From contig NW_021835888.1 of NCBI RefSeq assembly GCF_006345805.1, positions 1-37,803 on the forward strand: a DNA stretch of 37,803 nucleotides, written 5' to 3'. Position 1 is the first letter of the stretch. Each line of letters starts with the position of its first letter. The position numbers and the translations under genes were made by a program. Under the pieces are notes generated by a model that saw only the letters and a program-made list of their open reading frames with translations, was not told the origin of the DNA and searched no databases. This DNA comes from Octopus sinensis (taxonomy: Eukaryota). Shown here piece after piece: positions 10,705 through 22,852 of this stretch.

Positions 10705-11096
10705 AGTCGAATGCGAGTCGTTGCAGCCTTTCACTTCGCGAACTCTGACGGCACAGAAAAAGCGCAAACGTGACACGTCGTCGCGCCCGCATCGCCTCCG
10801 CTCCGGTTAGGGACGGTGCGACGTGTGGTGCTTCAAAGCATGGTTTTTGGGTCGGGTTTATGCGTCTGCGTCCGCCCGTGAGGGCCGCGTGTTCTCGCTC
10901 CTACTCAAGTGTGGCAGGCGGCCGGGGGAACCGAAAGATGGGGATCCACACCTGGTCGAGGTGAAATCAAAGGAAACTCTAGTGGAAGTCCGAAGCGCCT
11001 CTGACGAGCAAATCGAACCGAATGTAGAGGTGAATGGCCAGTCGAGCCGTCTCGTATCTAGTTCTCTCCGAGATCTCCCTCAGAATAGCTAGCACC
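10705..11096 (+). pseudogene. Diverged 28S rRNA fragment (approximately the D3 expansion segment plus downstream conserved core)
   Basis: 10926-11096 follows the eukaryotic LSU core in order: CCGAAAGATGG, AGGAAACTCT.GTGGA.GTCCG.AGCG, CTGACG.GCAAATCG, GTTC.CTCCGA...TCCCTCAG.ATAGCT. Upstream lie a GC-rich segment and tgcgagtc/gcgcaa motifs. Many substitutions and a deletion; no flanking rDNA. Confidence 0.85.
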
Positions 11097-11099
11097 AGC

Positions 11100-11661
11100 A
11101 TGTATGTATGTATGTATTATGTATGTATGTATGATGCGTAAGGATGTATGGTATGTATGCATGTTGTATGATGTTGTGTGTATGTAGGTATGTATGTATG
11201 TATGTAATGCATGTATGTATGTATGTATGTATGTATGCATGTATGTGTGTATGTATGTACGTATGTATGTATGTAGTAATGTATGTATGTATTATATATG
11301 TATGCATGTATGTATGTAGTGTGTATGTATGTATGTATGCCATGTATGTATGTATGTATGTATGTATGTATGTATGTATGCATGTAGTATGTATGTGTGT
11401 ATGTATGTATGTATGCATGTATGTTGTATGTATGTATGTTATGTATGCAAGCTGTATGTATGTGTGTGTATGGTGTGTATGTATGTATGTATGTATGTAT
11501 GTATGTATGTATTGTGTATGTATGTATGCATGTATGTATGTGTGTATGTATTATGTATGTATGTATGTATGTATGTATGTATGTATGTATGTATGCATGT
11601 ATGTATGTATATGTGTATGTATGTATGTATATGTATGTATGCACACATATCTATCTATCTA

Positions 11662-11715
<54 letters not shown>
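11100..11715. repeat. Degenerate (TATG)n, then (TCTA)n/(TA)n microsatellite
   Basis: Direct inspection. Confidence 0.95.
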
Positions 11716-11720
<5 letters not shown>

Positions 11721-11803
11721 ACATTTACATATATACACATACTTACATTTCTGCTTCTGTCTGTATGTCTGTCTGTTTATCTCTGTATATATTATATCTA
11801 TAT

Positions 11804-11852
<49 letters not shown>

Positions 11853-11913
11853 AACATTTACATATATACACATACTTACATTTCTGCTTCTGTCTGTATG
11901 TCTGTCTTTTATC

Positions 11914-11963
<50 letters not shown>
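11714..11963. repeat. Tandem duplication of an approximately 132-bp unit (unique core plus TA run)
   Basis: acatttacatatatacacatacttacatttctgcttctgtctgtatgtctgtct occurs at about 11721 and about 11854. Confidence 0.9.
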
Positions 11964-11999
<36 letters not shown>

Positions 12000-12084
12000 G
12001 AAAGAGAAAGAGAAGTTAGGTGTGAGAGATCCAAGACACCGCATTGCAGGTGTCTTGGATATTTACACAATATTCAGTTAGAAT

Positions 12085-12648
12085 TAATTAATTCTCTTAC
12101 CGCTGTTAGAGATATCTGCTTAGTTATTTGATCTACGAGCTGGAAAAGCCAGGTGAGAGTGCAAAAGAAGAAACGGTAATATTCAAGAACAATACCTTGT
12201 AGCTCCTGATAAAGAAACAAGCAGGGTCCACAGTGACCCTACTAAATTAGTCTATATTGATGTGGTTAATGTACATCTTAAAAAAATTTTGAAGGTTATT
12301 GTTGTACCTTATTCCAAATTGCTATAATAAAATAAATTTAGTTATAACCATCCTCCCTTCTTTTGGAAAGAAGTAGAACATTATCTAAGGCATCATTTTT
12401 TTAAGATAGTAGGGTAATTTAATGAAGATTTACCTGCTATCTCTAGCGGATCCAGTCTCCACATAGGCTTCTACGTCTTTGAACGTCGACATGTTAATGA
12501 AAAATGTAAGTATTAATTCTATAATCGTTCCTAGAGATAAAGTCTAACGTTAGATATCTGCATAGTCTTTTGATCTGCAAGTTACAGGTAGAAAAGCAGG
12601 TGACAACACAGAGAAAGAAACGGTAATATTCAGGAACGGGACCTTATT
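12085..12648 (+). repeat. Two diverged direct copies of an approximately 120-bp segment (about 12085-12200 and 12512-12648)
   Basis: Shared ttaattct, agatatctgc.tagt..tttgatct, gaaaagc.aggtga and aagaaacggtaatattca.gaac...acctt. Confidence 0.75.
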
Positions 12649-12836
12649 ATAACTCCCTCGGAATTATGTTGTCCCCGGAACTAAATCCAACAGATTTCAA
12701 ATTTGGTGTAGTTTTGTATGATCATTATTGACATGAAATTCATTTTCGCCACAATCAATAGACAGTTAAAAGCTTTTAAAGTTTGCAAATTTTGAGTAAT
12801 TTTTGCCAATCGAAAGCCACAGAAATATAGGTGCCT

Positions 12837-12850
12837 GTTTCCATAGTAAC
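12837..12850. promoter_or_regulatory. RFX X-box-like motif
   Basis: gtttccatagtaac matches the GTTNCCATRGNAAC consensus. No associated gene is visible, and it may lie inside a repeat. Confidence 0.3.
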
Positions 12851-13499
12851 AAGCTAAAGCATTGTAAAAGCGTTTATAAAAAACCGTGTGTGTTTATAAA
12901 TTGATATTTTATGCTGTGCTTTCCTGCTCCCACCCATCTTTTTCTGCTCTTAAAACTACAAAACTGTGTTGTTTACTCCTTTTTGGTAAGTTTTCGTTTA
13001 TTAAATGCTATTGTCGCAATGTTGACATTATTTATTTGTCATCTTACGATTGCAGTCACGCACAAGATGACAGCTTCCAAATCCTATTTTCTGACTGGGT
13101 GAAAATAATCAGAATTTAAACATCTGTAACTTTTTTAAGCATGTTCCTGGAACAAATGAATTAGTCCCTGAGATTCAGCGTGAAAAATTACATCAATACA
13201 CCAAATTTGAAAATTTTCACTTACGGATTCTTTTATCCCGTCAGAAAACGCACCATTTCAGTGTAAAATAGCGTTTGTTATGAGAAGGGAAAATGCCCTG
13301 AGAGTGGCTGTGAGGGTTGAAGAAAGAGCGAACAAACTGCCATCTTTAATCAAAATAAAATAGTTTTAAATTTCTTAAACTTGCCCAAAAGAGTAGAATT
13401 ACATGGATGCAAACTTCCTGTTAGAATTTATTGACTCCATTGATTTAACCGTTCGCTTGAGGACATCAAGTCGATAATTAATTATTCATAATACAGAAG

Positions 13500-13612
13500 G
13501 CATCCTTTTGGGGTCGATAAAATAAGTACCAGTCGGACATTGGGGTCGATATAATCGACTTCTCCATCCCTTCTCCAAAATTATTGGCATTGTGCCAAAA
13601 TTTGAAGTCATT
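13500..13612 (+). mobile_element. SINE family B fragment (short-tail variant)
   Basis: catccttttggggtcgataaaataagtaccag...ggggtcgatataatcgact...gtgccaaaatttgaa. Confidence 0.8.
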
Positions 13613-13623
13613 ATTATTATTAT

Positions 13624-14166
13624 TGAGTGAGAGAGCAGTGCATGCCATTAAAGTGACACTGGGGTAAAATATACGGAGCCCAGTATACCCATCATGACTA
13701 CCCGTCTGATAAGGGTACACTAGGCACATGCATCACAACCATATGTGTGCGACATGGTGATAAACAGCACATGACCTTGCAGGTGGGGCCCAGTTAGAAT
13801 TTTCTTCTGGTCGAGTAACCCATCCTGCTCAAAAGGTCCCTGAATAAGGGTTGTTTAAGGATGTTGAATGAAACACCCATGTTTCCAAAGGTGAATTATC
13901 CAAACTCCAAAGAATTCCTCTCAACACATGGCTATGATGCTCCCCCACTACTTCTGCTCGTGATCAGAGATGCACATATCGTCAGCCACTAAGGGACATG
14001 CTCAACTGGTTAAGGTCAAACAACTGACAAGCAAATCTGTGGCATTGAGCAGAATATTTGCTGTAGCCCATCTTTTATACCAACACAACACAATATACAT
14101 GATAACACTTCCAATCAGTTAAGATCAGAAGCCATAAGAGCCACTGTCCAGTACTGCATCAGGGCA
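13624..14166. mobile_element. About 540-bp non-coding element inserted in (TTA)n, with TG...CA ends
   Basis: Complex sequence sharply bounded by (TTA)n on both sides; minus-strand TATAAAAG at 14079-14072. Confidence 0.6.
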
Positions 14167-14252
<86 letters not shown>

Positions 14253-14328
14253 CATTATTATTATTGTTGTTGTTGTTGTTATTATTATTGTTATTTAAGA
14301 AATCATTATTATCGTTATTATTTTATTA
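14167..14328. repeat. (TTA)n/(TTG)n microsatellite
   Basis: Direct inspection. Confidence 0.95.
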
Positions 14329-14377
14329 CCAACTTGCTGATCTTGTGCCAAAATTTGAAACTAATATTTTGTTGGAG

Positions 14378-14575
14378 GAAGGCAGCGAGCTAGCAGAATC
14401 GTTACCACATCGGGCAAAATGCTTCGCGGCATTTCGTCTGTCTTTGCGCTTTGAGTTCAAATGTGGCAGGGGTTGACATTGCCTTTCATCATTTCGGGGT
14501 CGAGTATTGGGGTCGTTGTAATCGACTTACATCCACTCTTGAAATTGGCATTCTATCAAAATTTGAAATCAATAT
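14378..14575 (+). mobile_element. SINE family B, diverged
   Basis: ggcagcgagctagcagaatcgtta...gagttcaaat...gcctttcatcatttcggggtcga. Confidence 0.8.
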
Positions 14576-15239
14576 TTGGTGGAAGGGAAAACCGATGTCT
14601 ACCAATTTAAGAACTGCCAGTATAGCATAGGAGATAAAGGGACGGAGTTTCTGCGTGATAGCTTTCTCAACTTGCTGGAAATAACAACCAAATGTTTCTT
14701 CCGCCTTTGCAACATCTTTTAAGATTTTAAAAAAGAGAAAGAAGGATACATTAGATAATGTGATCCCAGATACACTGTGTCGGAACAAAAGATGAGATGG
14801 CCCTGTCAGCTGGAATGCTCTTTAATCAAATCATTGACAGCTACTGCTACTACAACGCTATAAAATGAGGTGCTGTTTTCTAGAAAGCTTTTATCAAGCA
14901 AACGGTTTGCCATAAATGGAAGGAAAAACAAAAGAACTAAGAAAGGTAATCATTGCTTTAAAACGAGTGATAACAATGTTGAATCGTAAAAGGAGATAAA
15001 GATATGAACGAAATGAAAAAGGGAAGAAATTTTAAAAGGAAAATATGATTTAAGTTAAAGATTCACCAGGAATTTTATATTGATTAATTTTAAATTTATG
15101 AAAGAAATTAAAATTGATTTTAAAAATTCAAGCAGGAAGGTGAATGTAAGCTGGATAAGATTTGAACTCATAAATCAAGTGTTAGAAAATGTTCCCCACG
15201 GTACTTAGTCGAAAGCTCTACAGATAATGTGAACGCAGA

Positions 15240-15471
15240 AAGGTGGCGAGCTGGCAGAAACGCTAGCACGCCGGGCGAAATGCGTAGCCGTATTTCATCT
15301 GCCGATATGTTCTGAGTTCAAATTCCGCCACGGTCAACTTTGCCTTTCATCTTTTCGGGGTCGATTAAATAAGTACCAGTTACACAATGGGGTCGATATA
15401 ATCGACTTAATCCGTTTGACTGTCCTTGTTTGTCCCCTCTGTGTGTTTACCCTTGTGGGTAGTAAAGAAAT
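15240..15471 (+). mobile_element. SINE family B, full length, with 18-bp TSD
   Basis: Head ggcgagctggcagaaacg, B-box-like gagttcaaattcc and Meta-like core. TSD agataatgtgaac(g/a)caga at 15222-15239 and 15472-15489. Confidence 0.9.
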
Positions 15472-15696
15472 AGATAATGTGAACACAGACCCCTAAAATT
15501 AATTAATTATTCATAATACAAGCGCATACACATGTCATACAAATGCTCCGTCAAACTCGATGATACATATCAAGTTTTTCGCCAGCTGAATTACCAAGTG
15601 AGAATGTGATAAGCAAGTGGTCGGGTATTCTAGAGACTTATTTACCCTTACTGCAGTTCTGAAGTTGGGTGAGCGTGACAAACTGTAAAGCTGGAC

Positions 15697-15818
15697 CTCA
15701 ATTTATCGACTCCGAAAGGACGAAAAGAAAAGTTGACCTCGGCAGGGTTTGACCCCAGAATGCAAGTAGCTGGAACAAGCATTCTATCTGACGCGCTAGC
15801 GATTCTTCAAATTTGCTG
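15697..15818 (-). mobile_element. SINE family B fragment, old
   Basis: tttatcgactccgaaaggacgaaaagaaaagttgacctcggc...gctagcgattct. Confidence 0.7.
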
Positions 15819-16252
15819 TCACAAAAGCAAAGTTTGAAGAGAATAATAGTCAAATTCCTTTGATTTCTAGATAGAAGCAAATAGCAAATAACATTTATTG
15901 ACCAAAAACAAAACAAAAATAATAAAAATTTTGTTACACAGTGTTATAATCAAGTATATATTAAACCGAGACAATACTTTATTACTAGGGTAAACATACG
16001 AAAGTTATCATATCATGTAACTTGACTGACTCACAGTTCGTCCAGTAAAACCTACATTGGAGTGAAGAGGACATTGGTCAGGTATAAGGCTTATACCTTG
16101 TCGTTGGCTCTAAACTCTTTGATTCAGTTGTGGTGCTAGGTGCCGCCATGATGTACAGCGTGCCTTGGGTAATTTCAGACTGGATGGAGCAGATCCCTCT
16201 TCTGATCTGACTATAACCGGTTTATAGCAACAAAAAAAATGACTCCAATTCA

Positions 16253-16330
16253 GGACTGGGACTTTATTTATCGACTAAGTAAGATTTAAAAGCAAAGCTG
16301 ACCTCGGGGGAATTTTTAACTTAGAACGCT
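16253..16330 (-). mobile_element. SINE family B fragment, old
   Basis: actttatttatcgac...aaaagcaaagctgacctcgggggaattt...agaacg. Confidence 0.6.
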
Positions 16331-16445
16331 GACAAACCGGAACGACTTTCTCAACGTAGTCTAACAACTCGGCCATTGATTCTTGGTCGTCGAATAGGAA
16401 AATGGCGATTAGTCACTAATGAGCTTGAAGCAATTTACAGGTATT

Positions 16446-17127
16446 GCAAAGCATGGCTGTTTGGTTAAGAAGTTCGCTTTATGGCCATGTGGTTTCGGGT
16501 TCGATCCCACTTGCACATTGGACAAGTGTATTACTACTATAGCCTCGGATCGACCATTGCCATGTGAATGTATTTGGCAGGCGGTAACTCTTTCTCTCTT
16601 TCGGCGAGCTGGCAGAAACGTTAGCACGCCGGACGAAATGCTTAGCGGTATTTCGTCTGCCGTTACGTTCTGAGTTCAAATTCCGCCTTTCATCCTTTCG
16701 GGGTCGATAAATTAAGTACCAGTTACGCACTGGGGTCGATGTAATCGACTTAATCCATTTGTCTGTCCTTGTTTGTTCCCTCTATATTTAGCGCCTTGTG
16801 GGCAATAAAGAAATAGGTAACTCTTTCTCTCTTTCTCTCTCTAACTTTCTCTCTCTCTCTCTCTCTCTAACTTTCTTTCTTTCTTTCTTTCTTTCTTTGT
16901 TTGTTTGTTTCTTTCTTTCTTTCTCTCACTCTCTCTCTCTCTCTCTCTCTATCCCTCTCTCTGTTTGTTTTTTGTCTCCGTAGCTTAGCGGTTCAGATCG
17001 TTAGAAATACGTACCAGAGTCTTTTTCTAAAAGAGTAATGCGGTTGATTTGTTCGACAATACCCTTCAAGACAGTGCTCCTGCATGGCCGAATGCAACAA
17101 TGAATGCAACAAATATAAGTTAAAAGA
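16446..17127 (+). mobile_element. SINE family A (head about 16446-16590, tail about 16962-17127) interrupted by a family B SINE
   Basis: Head tggctgtttggttaagaag...gggttcgatcccac...caagtgtattactactatagcctcgg; tail gtagcttagcggttc...gtgctcctgcatggccg. Confidence 0.7.
16603..16815 (+). mobile_element. SINE family B, young, with 20-bp TSD
   Basis: Perfect ggtaactctttctctctttc at 16583-16602 and 16816-16835. Confidence 0.9.
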
Positions 17128-18191
17128 CAAGTTGGGGGGGAAAAAAACTCAAGTGAGCTAAGAGAAATAACTCAAGTAGGCCAATGACATAAGCATTGAT
17201 AAATAAGTGAAGTGTTGCTGTACTGAATGACATTCACAATAAAATAAAATTTTCTTCTGAGAGAACGAAAACAAATTGACCCAACAGTAATTACTAGCTA
17301 CTATTAAGGAAAACCTAATGTAACTTATTTCTTTAAGTTATCTCCCCCTTTTATTTGAGAGACAGTTGTGAATGACGCTAGGTTTTTGTGTTCTTTCTTC
17401 AATGAGGGAAATTTCAGATTCTTTTAGAATATTTTACGTACATCATTTAGCAAACCACTCCTTATTTTATTATTGAACAGCGGAGTATTCGGTAAGCGAA
17501 ATTACTTTTTGATGGGCTTGCATCAAGCTGACAAGGAATTTGAATGAAAGTCATTAATGGATATAAAAACGAAATGATTTGAGGCTAAAGAAAGAAGAAT
17601 TTTGCCGTTGTTTGCTTAATGTATGTTCACCGAAAGATCATAAAAAACAAAGTTAACAACAACAACAACAACAACGACAAAGGAATATTGAAATAAACGA
17701 TTAGATTTGATGTCGTAAAAGAAGAAAAATACAATGATAAGATCGACATAAAATATTCCTTGTAACGAAAACTGCTGCGATTATACAGAGTGATGGTGAC
17801 ATAAAAATAAAATTTCCCAACATATGTTGGGCGAAAATAATTTTAGTATTCAAAACCGCCAATAACTGAAATAAGCAAAATTGCAATATTTTAAAGGGAA
17901 TTTCCTTGTTTTGGCTTCGTCCATTTACGAGATTAAAGCAGCCTTTGCATTTCTCGTCGCTTTTATAAAGTTGCTTAAGCTTTAGTTTTATAATAGATGT
18001 TAAGTTGCTGCAAGTGGAACCGTAATTACTTTGTCCTAAACATATTTGGATATTTCTCTCTCTCTATATATATATGTAGATTCGCATACAATCATATATA
18101 GGTGCATTCACACAAAAATTCGTATGTGTATACCTTGACGTAAACATGTCTCTACATATATACATAGAGACACACACACATTTTTATTCTA

Positions 18192-18192
18192 C

Positions 18193-18227
<35 letters not shown>

Positions 18228-18230
18228 ATA

Positions 18231-18274
<44 letters not shown>

Positions 18275-18325
18275 CATTATTATTATAATTATTATTATTA
18301 TTATTATTATATCATTATTATTATA

Positions 18326-18377
<52 letters not shown>

Positions 18378-18390
18378 CATTATTATATTA

Positions 18391-18431
<41 letters not shown>

Positions 18432-18444
18432 CATTATTATTATA

Positions 18445-18482
<38 letters not shown>

Positions 18483-18533
18483 CATATTATTATAATTATT
18501 ATTATATTATTATTATCATCATTATTATTATTA

Positions 18534-18564
<31 letters not shown>

Positions 18565-18733
18565 CATTATTATTATAATTATTATTATTATTATTATCAT
18601 CATTATTATTATATCATTATTATTATTATCATTATTATTATTATTATTATTATTATCATTATTATTATCATTATTGTTATTATTATCATTATTGTTATTA
18701 TTATCATTATTGTTATTATTATCATTATTATTA

Positions 18734-18764
<31 letters not shown>

Positions 18765-18768
18765 CATT
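18192..18768. repeat. About 575-bp (TTA)n microsatellite with TCA/TTG variants
   Basis: Direct inspection. Confidence 0.95.
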
Positions 18769-19138
18769 AAGGTGGCTATTCGCAATTTACAACCAAAATG
18801 CACAAGTGCAATCGTGAGTAAGGGTGTAACACAGCTCCAGCATTGCTAGAAATAAGAGTCAAAACAACTCTTAGCCACGAGAAAGCACTTATATAAAGAC
18901 TGTAAAGCTGACAAGGGAGACAAGCTCCCTACAGCAAATGAGATAGAGCCAGGTCATCCATGACCTCGGATTTAATTAATCCTCATGAGTGACCCTTACT
19001 CAGTTGCCAAGGGCTAAGTTTAACTCACCTTATCAGTTTATAGAAAATATCATAGGACTTATAACTGTGGTGACAATAGTTATTGGTATTGGATTTTCTA
19101 TGAAATATGCCCCTTGGTTGTCTGAGTTAAAAAAAAAA

Positions 19139-19643
19139 CGTAACTGGTACTTATTTAAGCGACCCCGAAAGGATGAAAGGCAAAGTCGACCACGGCGGAA
19201 TTTGAACTCAGAACGTAACGGCAGACGAAATACCTATTTCTTTACCACCCACAAGAGGCTAAACACAGAGGGGACAAACAAGGACAGACAAACGGATCAA
19301 GTCGATTAGATCGACCCAAGTGAGTAACTGGTACTTAATTTATCGACCCCGAAAGGATAAAAGGCAAAGTCGACCTCAGCGGAATTTGAACTCAGAACGT
19401 AACGGCAGACGAAATACCTATTTCTTTACCACCCACAAGAGGCTAAACACAGAGGGGACAAACAAGGACAGACAAATGGATTAAGTCGATTACATCGACC
19501 CCAGTGAGTAACTGTTACTTAATTTATCGACCCCGAAAGGATGAAAGGCAAAGTCGACCTCGGCGGAATTTGAACTCAGAAGGTAACGGCTGACGAAATA
19601 CGGCTACGCATTTCGCCCGGCGTGCTAACGTTTCTGTCAGCTC
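19139..19643 (-). mobile_element. SINE family B as a tandem multimer (184-bp period, about 2.7 units)
   Basis: taactg(g/t)tac recurs at 19141, 19325 and 19509; a single head lies at about 19600-19643. Confidence 0.9.
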
Positions 19644-19761
19644 ACAAGTTTACGTTGAAATCATTATGAGAAACTAAAGAAATGCGCACCACAAATTCTG
19701 GTTACCGTATTCACGATTGTTTAACTTCCAAGTCAACAGTAATCGAGGACACTTGCAATGA

Positions 19762-20066
19762 GTGGAGGCGCAATGGCCCAGTGGTTAGGGCAGCGGACAC
19801 GCGGACATAGGATCGTGGTTTCGATTCCCAGACTGGGGGTTGTGAGTGTTTATTGAGCGAAAATACCTAAAAGCTCCACGAGGCTCCGGCAGTGGGTGGT
19901 GGTGATCCCTGCTGAACTCTTTCACCACTCTTTCCCTCTCTCTCTTTCGTCTGTTGGCCTGCTCGGTTAGCCAGCGGGGTGGCGTCATTCGAGGGCTAAA
20001 ACAATGCGAAGTGCATTGTGACCAGCGATGTGTAGCGACATCTGATGGTCTGGTCGGTCACGTGAT
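19762..20066 (+). mobile_element. SINE family C (tRNA-derived head, tail W) with 12-bp TSD
   Basis: A-box tggcccagtgg and B-box gtttcgattcc. TSD cacttgcaatga at 19750-19761 and 20067-20078. Confidence 0.9.
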
Positions 20067-20636
20067 CACTTGCAATGAAAGACACTTTGATCGTGAACAA
20101 CCTCCTTTCTCAAAATGAATGTCTAATAATACATTATTTAATATGTCTTTCTGTATTTTCCAGACGATTTGACGGAGACCTGACCATTATATTATTGAAG
20201 GTTGACTCACCATTTTAGGGTTCCTCGGGGACCCCGATCAACTCCAATTTGAGTAGATGTGAATCTCATTCATAACATTGTTCAGCTTGGAAATAACAAA
20301 TCTCAACAATACGAACTAAGGCCATAACCAAAGAGCGATAAGAAGCAGAATTTTCCGTTATGGAAAGAGATTCCGTTTACTTACAATGTAGCTTTTATCT
20401 ATGAATTCTTATATAAACAGCACAGGAGCTGATAACATTGAGATAATGATTCAGCCATTGAAAATATCAGGTTATTACATTGTGGAATAATAATAATTAT
20501 GCAGTAATTGTATTAAAAATAGTGAAGATGGGGAAGATGGGGAAGATGGGGAAGATGGAGGGATGTGTTGTGTGTAAACCTCCTTATTGTTACATCGTGA
20601 CTTATTAAATATCACGTTACAAACAAATTGCTATAC

Positions 20637-20753
20637 CTAGATATAGATATATATACATATATATATATATATATTACATATATGTATACATATATATATA
20701 TATACATATATATATACATACATATTTACATATATATACATATATATATTTGC

Positions 20754-20793
<40 letters not shown>

Positions 20794-20855
20794 TTGCATA
20801 TATGTACATATAGACATATGCATAGCATACTACATACATACATACACACACACAT

Positions 20856-20909
<54 letters not shown>

Positions 20910-21017
20910 CATATACATAAATACAGACATACATATATATATATATATACATATATACATACATACATACATACATACACACACACATACACACACACAC
21001 ACACACACACCACACAC

Positions 21018-21060
<43 letters not shown>
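20637..21060. repeat. (TA)n/(TACA)n/(CA)n compound microsatellite
   Basis: Direct inspection. Confidence 0.95.
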
Positions 21061-21063
<3 letters not shown>

Positions 21064-21547
21064 TGTTGTATACGAATAAATTCACTTGATAGCTTGTAGA
21101 AATGAAATTGTTACATTAATGTTAGTTTGCCCAAGATGGAAGCGTTAAGGTAAAAATTGCAAACGTACCAGCCTAGCTAGACTTCTGGTGAAGGGTCAAA
21201 TGTGTTGTGTTGGAAGAGCCTAACACAGTGCTGGGAAAGCGAAAGGAAAAAGTACATTCGTGAAGAAAACTGGGTTTGGATTGACTAATTTCTCCTTTGC
21301 AGGATGGGAGTTGCAATATAATCCTCTGTTTTCTTCGTTATCAAGTAAAACAATATTAACCAAAATATATATATTTCTGTGGCACATCCACCATCTACAT
21401 ATTTTTACCACTCTTCAGGTTCTCGGCAAGATCATCACTATTTAGGAATGTTACCGAATGTTTTCTGCCTCTTTCTTAATCGGAAATCTCGCTTGTACCG
21501 TGCCGAACCTTTTCCCTTGGCTGGCATATACTTTTAGTACCCCCAGA

Positions 21548-21870
21548 AGGCATGTGTCCAAGTGGTTAGGATATTCGGCTCACGATTGTAAAGTCGTGAG
21601 TTTGATACCCAGTGATGTGTATTGTCCTTGAGCAAACACTTGATTTCACTCTGCTCCAGTCCAGTCAGCTTGAAAAAAAAATGAGTTGTAACTGCTTTTC
21701 AAAGGGCCAGCGTAGTCACATTCTGTGTCATGCTGAATCTCTCTCTGAGGACTGCGTAAAGGGTAGACGTACTTGTGGAGTGCTCAACTAGTTGCGCACT
21801 AATTTCACGAATAGGCTGTTCAATTGACGGGACCAACTGGAACCCTCGTCGTCGTAATCATAGGAGTACC
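21548..21870 (+). mobile_element. SINE family D (tRNA head, CORE-like tgtccttgagcaa...gctccagtcca segment, tail X)
   Basis: Head gtggttaggatattcggctcacgattgt; the tail is shared with the SINE at 24951-25330. Confidence 0.85.
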
Positions 21871-22740
21871 AGTAAACCCCAACTGGTTCAAGGCACTTTT
21901 CAATTTAACTTCGTGTCGTTTACTCCAATCTTACCGTCCTATACACCTTTAAACAATACGTTTTTTCTCTCTGTGTCCTCCTGACTATGTTGTTGTGTGC
22001 TTAAAATGACTGTTCTTGCATTTTTGGTCAGGAAACATTTGGTATTTTTCAAATCCTGCGATTAGAGATAAATTAATTCTTGCACTCGAACTGCGTTAAC
22101 GGATTATTAACATTTGATTTGCTATGCGCAGTGTTAGCGTTATTAATGGTGTTAATGTTAATGTAAATGCTAGCGGTGGTGGCGATGTAGGTGGTGGTGG
22201 TGGCTGTAGGAGTGGGGGCTGCGGTTTTGGCAGATAAGTTGTTGCTACAGTTAACTTTTTTTTTATTTATTTTCATCGTTCTCTTGATCAATGTTGTTGT
22301 TTTTGCCGTTGCAGCTATTCATTGCAGCGGGGTGAGTGGTTGTAGTGCCACAGTGTCGTTGTCGCCGCCCACATTGTCGTTGTAATTGCTGTTATTGTTG
22401 TTGATGTTTCTGTTGTCATTGGTGATGGCGCTGTCGCTTTGGCTTAAAATAGGAAAAGCAGAGTCGAAATTGCTGTTCCAAACGCTATTTACCCCCCTAC
22501 ATTACAGTATTCTGTTGAAAATTTCGGCGCCATGTTTTTATTCTATTTTTAATAGTTAAGTTTCAGAAAGAAATTTACCAAATTCTCTCACAAGAAAAGC
22601 AAACCAAATCTATCTGTTCACTTCCTTAGTTACCTGATATCTTTAGCAATAAAACAGCAACAACTCTATAGGACAGTCTTTTAAAACACAGTTAAAACAA
22701 CCAAGCTTACCAGTGATTTGAAGGGCCGTTATAAAAAAAA

Positions 22741-22786
22741 ACAGCATAAAAACAGCAGCAGCAGTAGCAACAACAACAACAATAAC

Positions 22787-22846
<60 letters not shown>
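22741..22846. repeat. (CAG)/(CAA)/(TAA)n microsatellite
   Basis: Direct inspection. Confidence 0.9.
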
Positions 22847-22849
<3 letters not shown>

Positions 22850-22852
22850 GGC

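Noticed and set aside
10926-11096. Functional 28S rRNA gene
   Set aside because: Short isolated fragment with substitutions and a deletion in conserved positions; recorded as a pseudogene.
19139-19643. CRISPR-like or satellite array
   Set aside because: Units are contiguous SINE bodies without unique spacers, in a eukaryotic context.
20140-20220. Possible host exon after a strong acceptor (tttctgtattttccag at 20163)
   Set aside because: No convincing donor or recognisable peptide; cannot be supported without RNA data.
20524-20558. Short (gaagatggg)n tandem; also small duplications at about 24200-24266 and 33680-33702
   Set aside because: Ordinary slippage duplications with no further structure.
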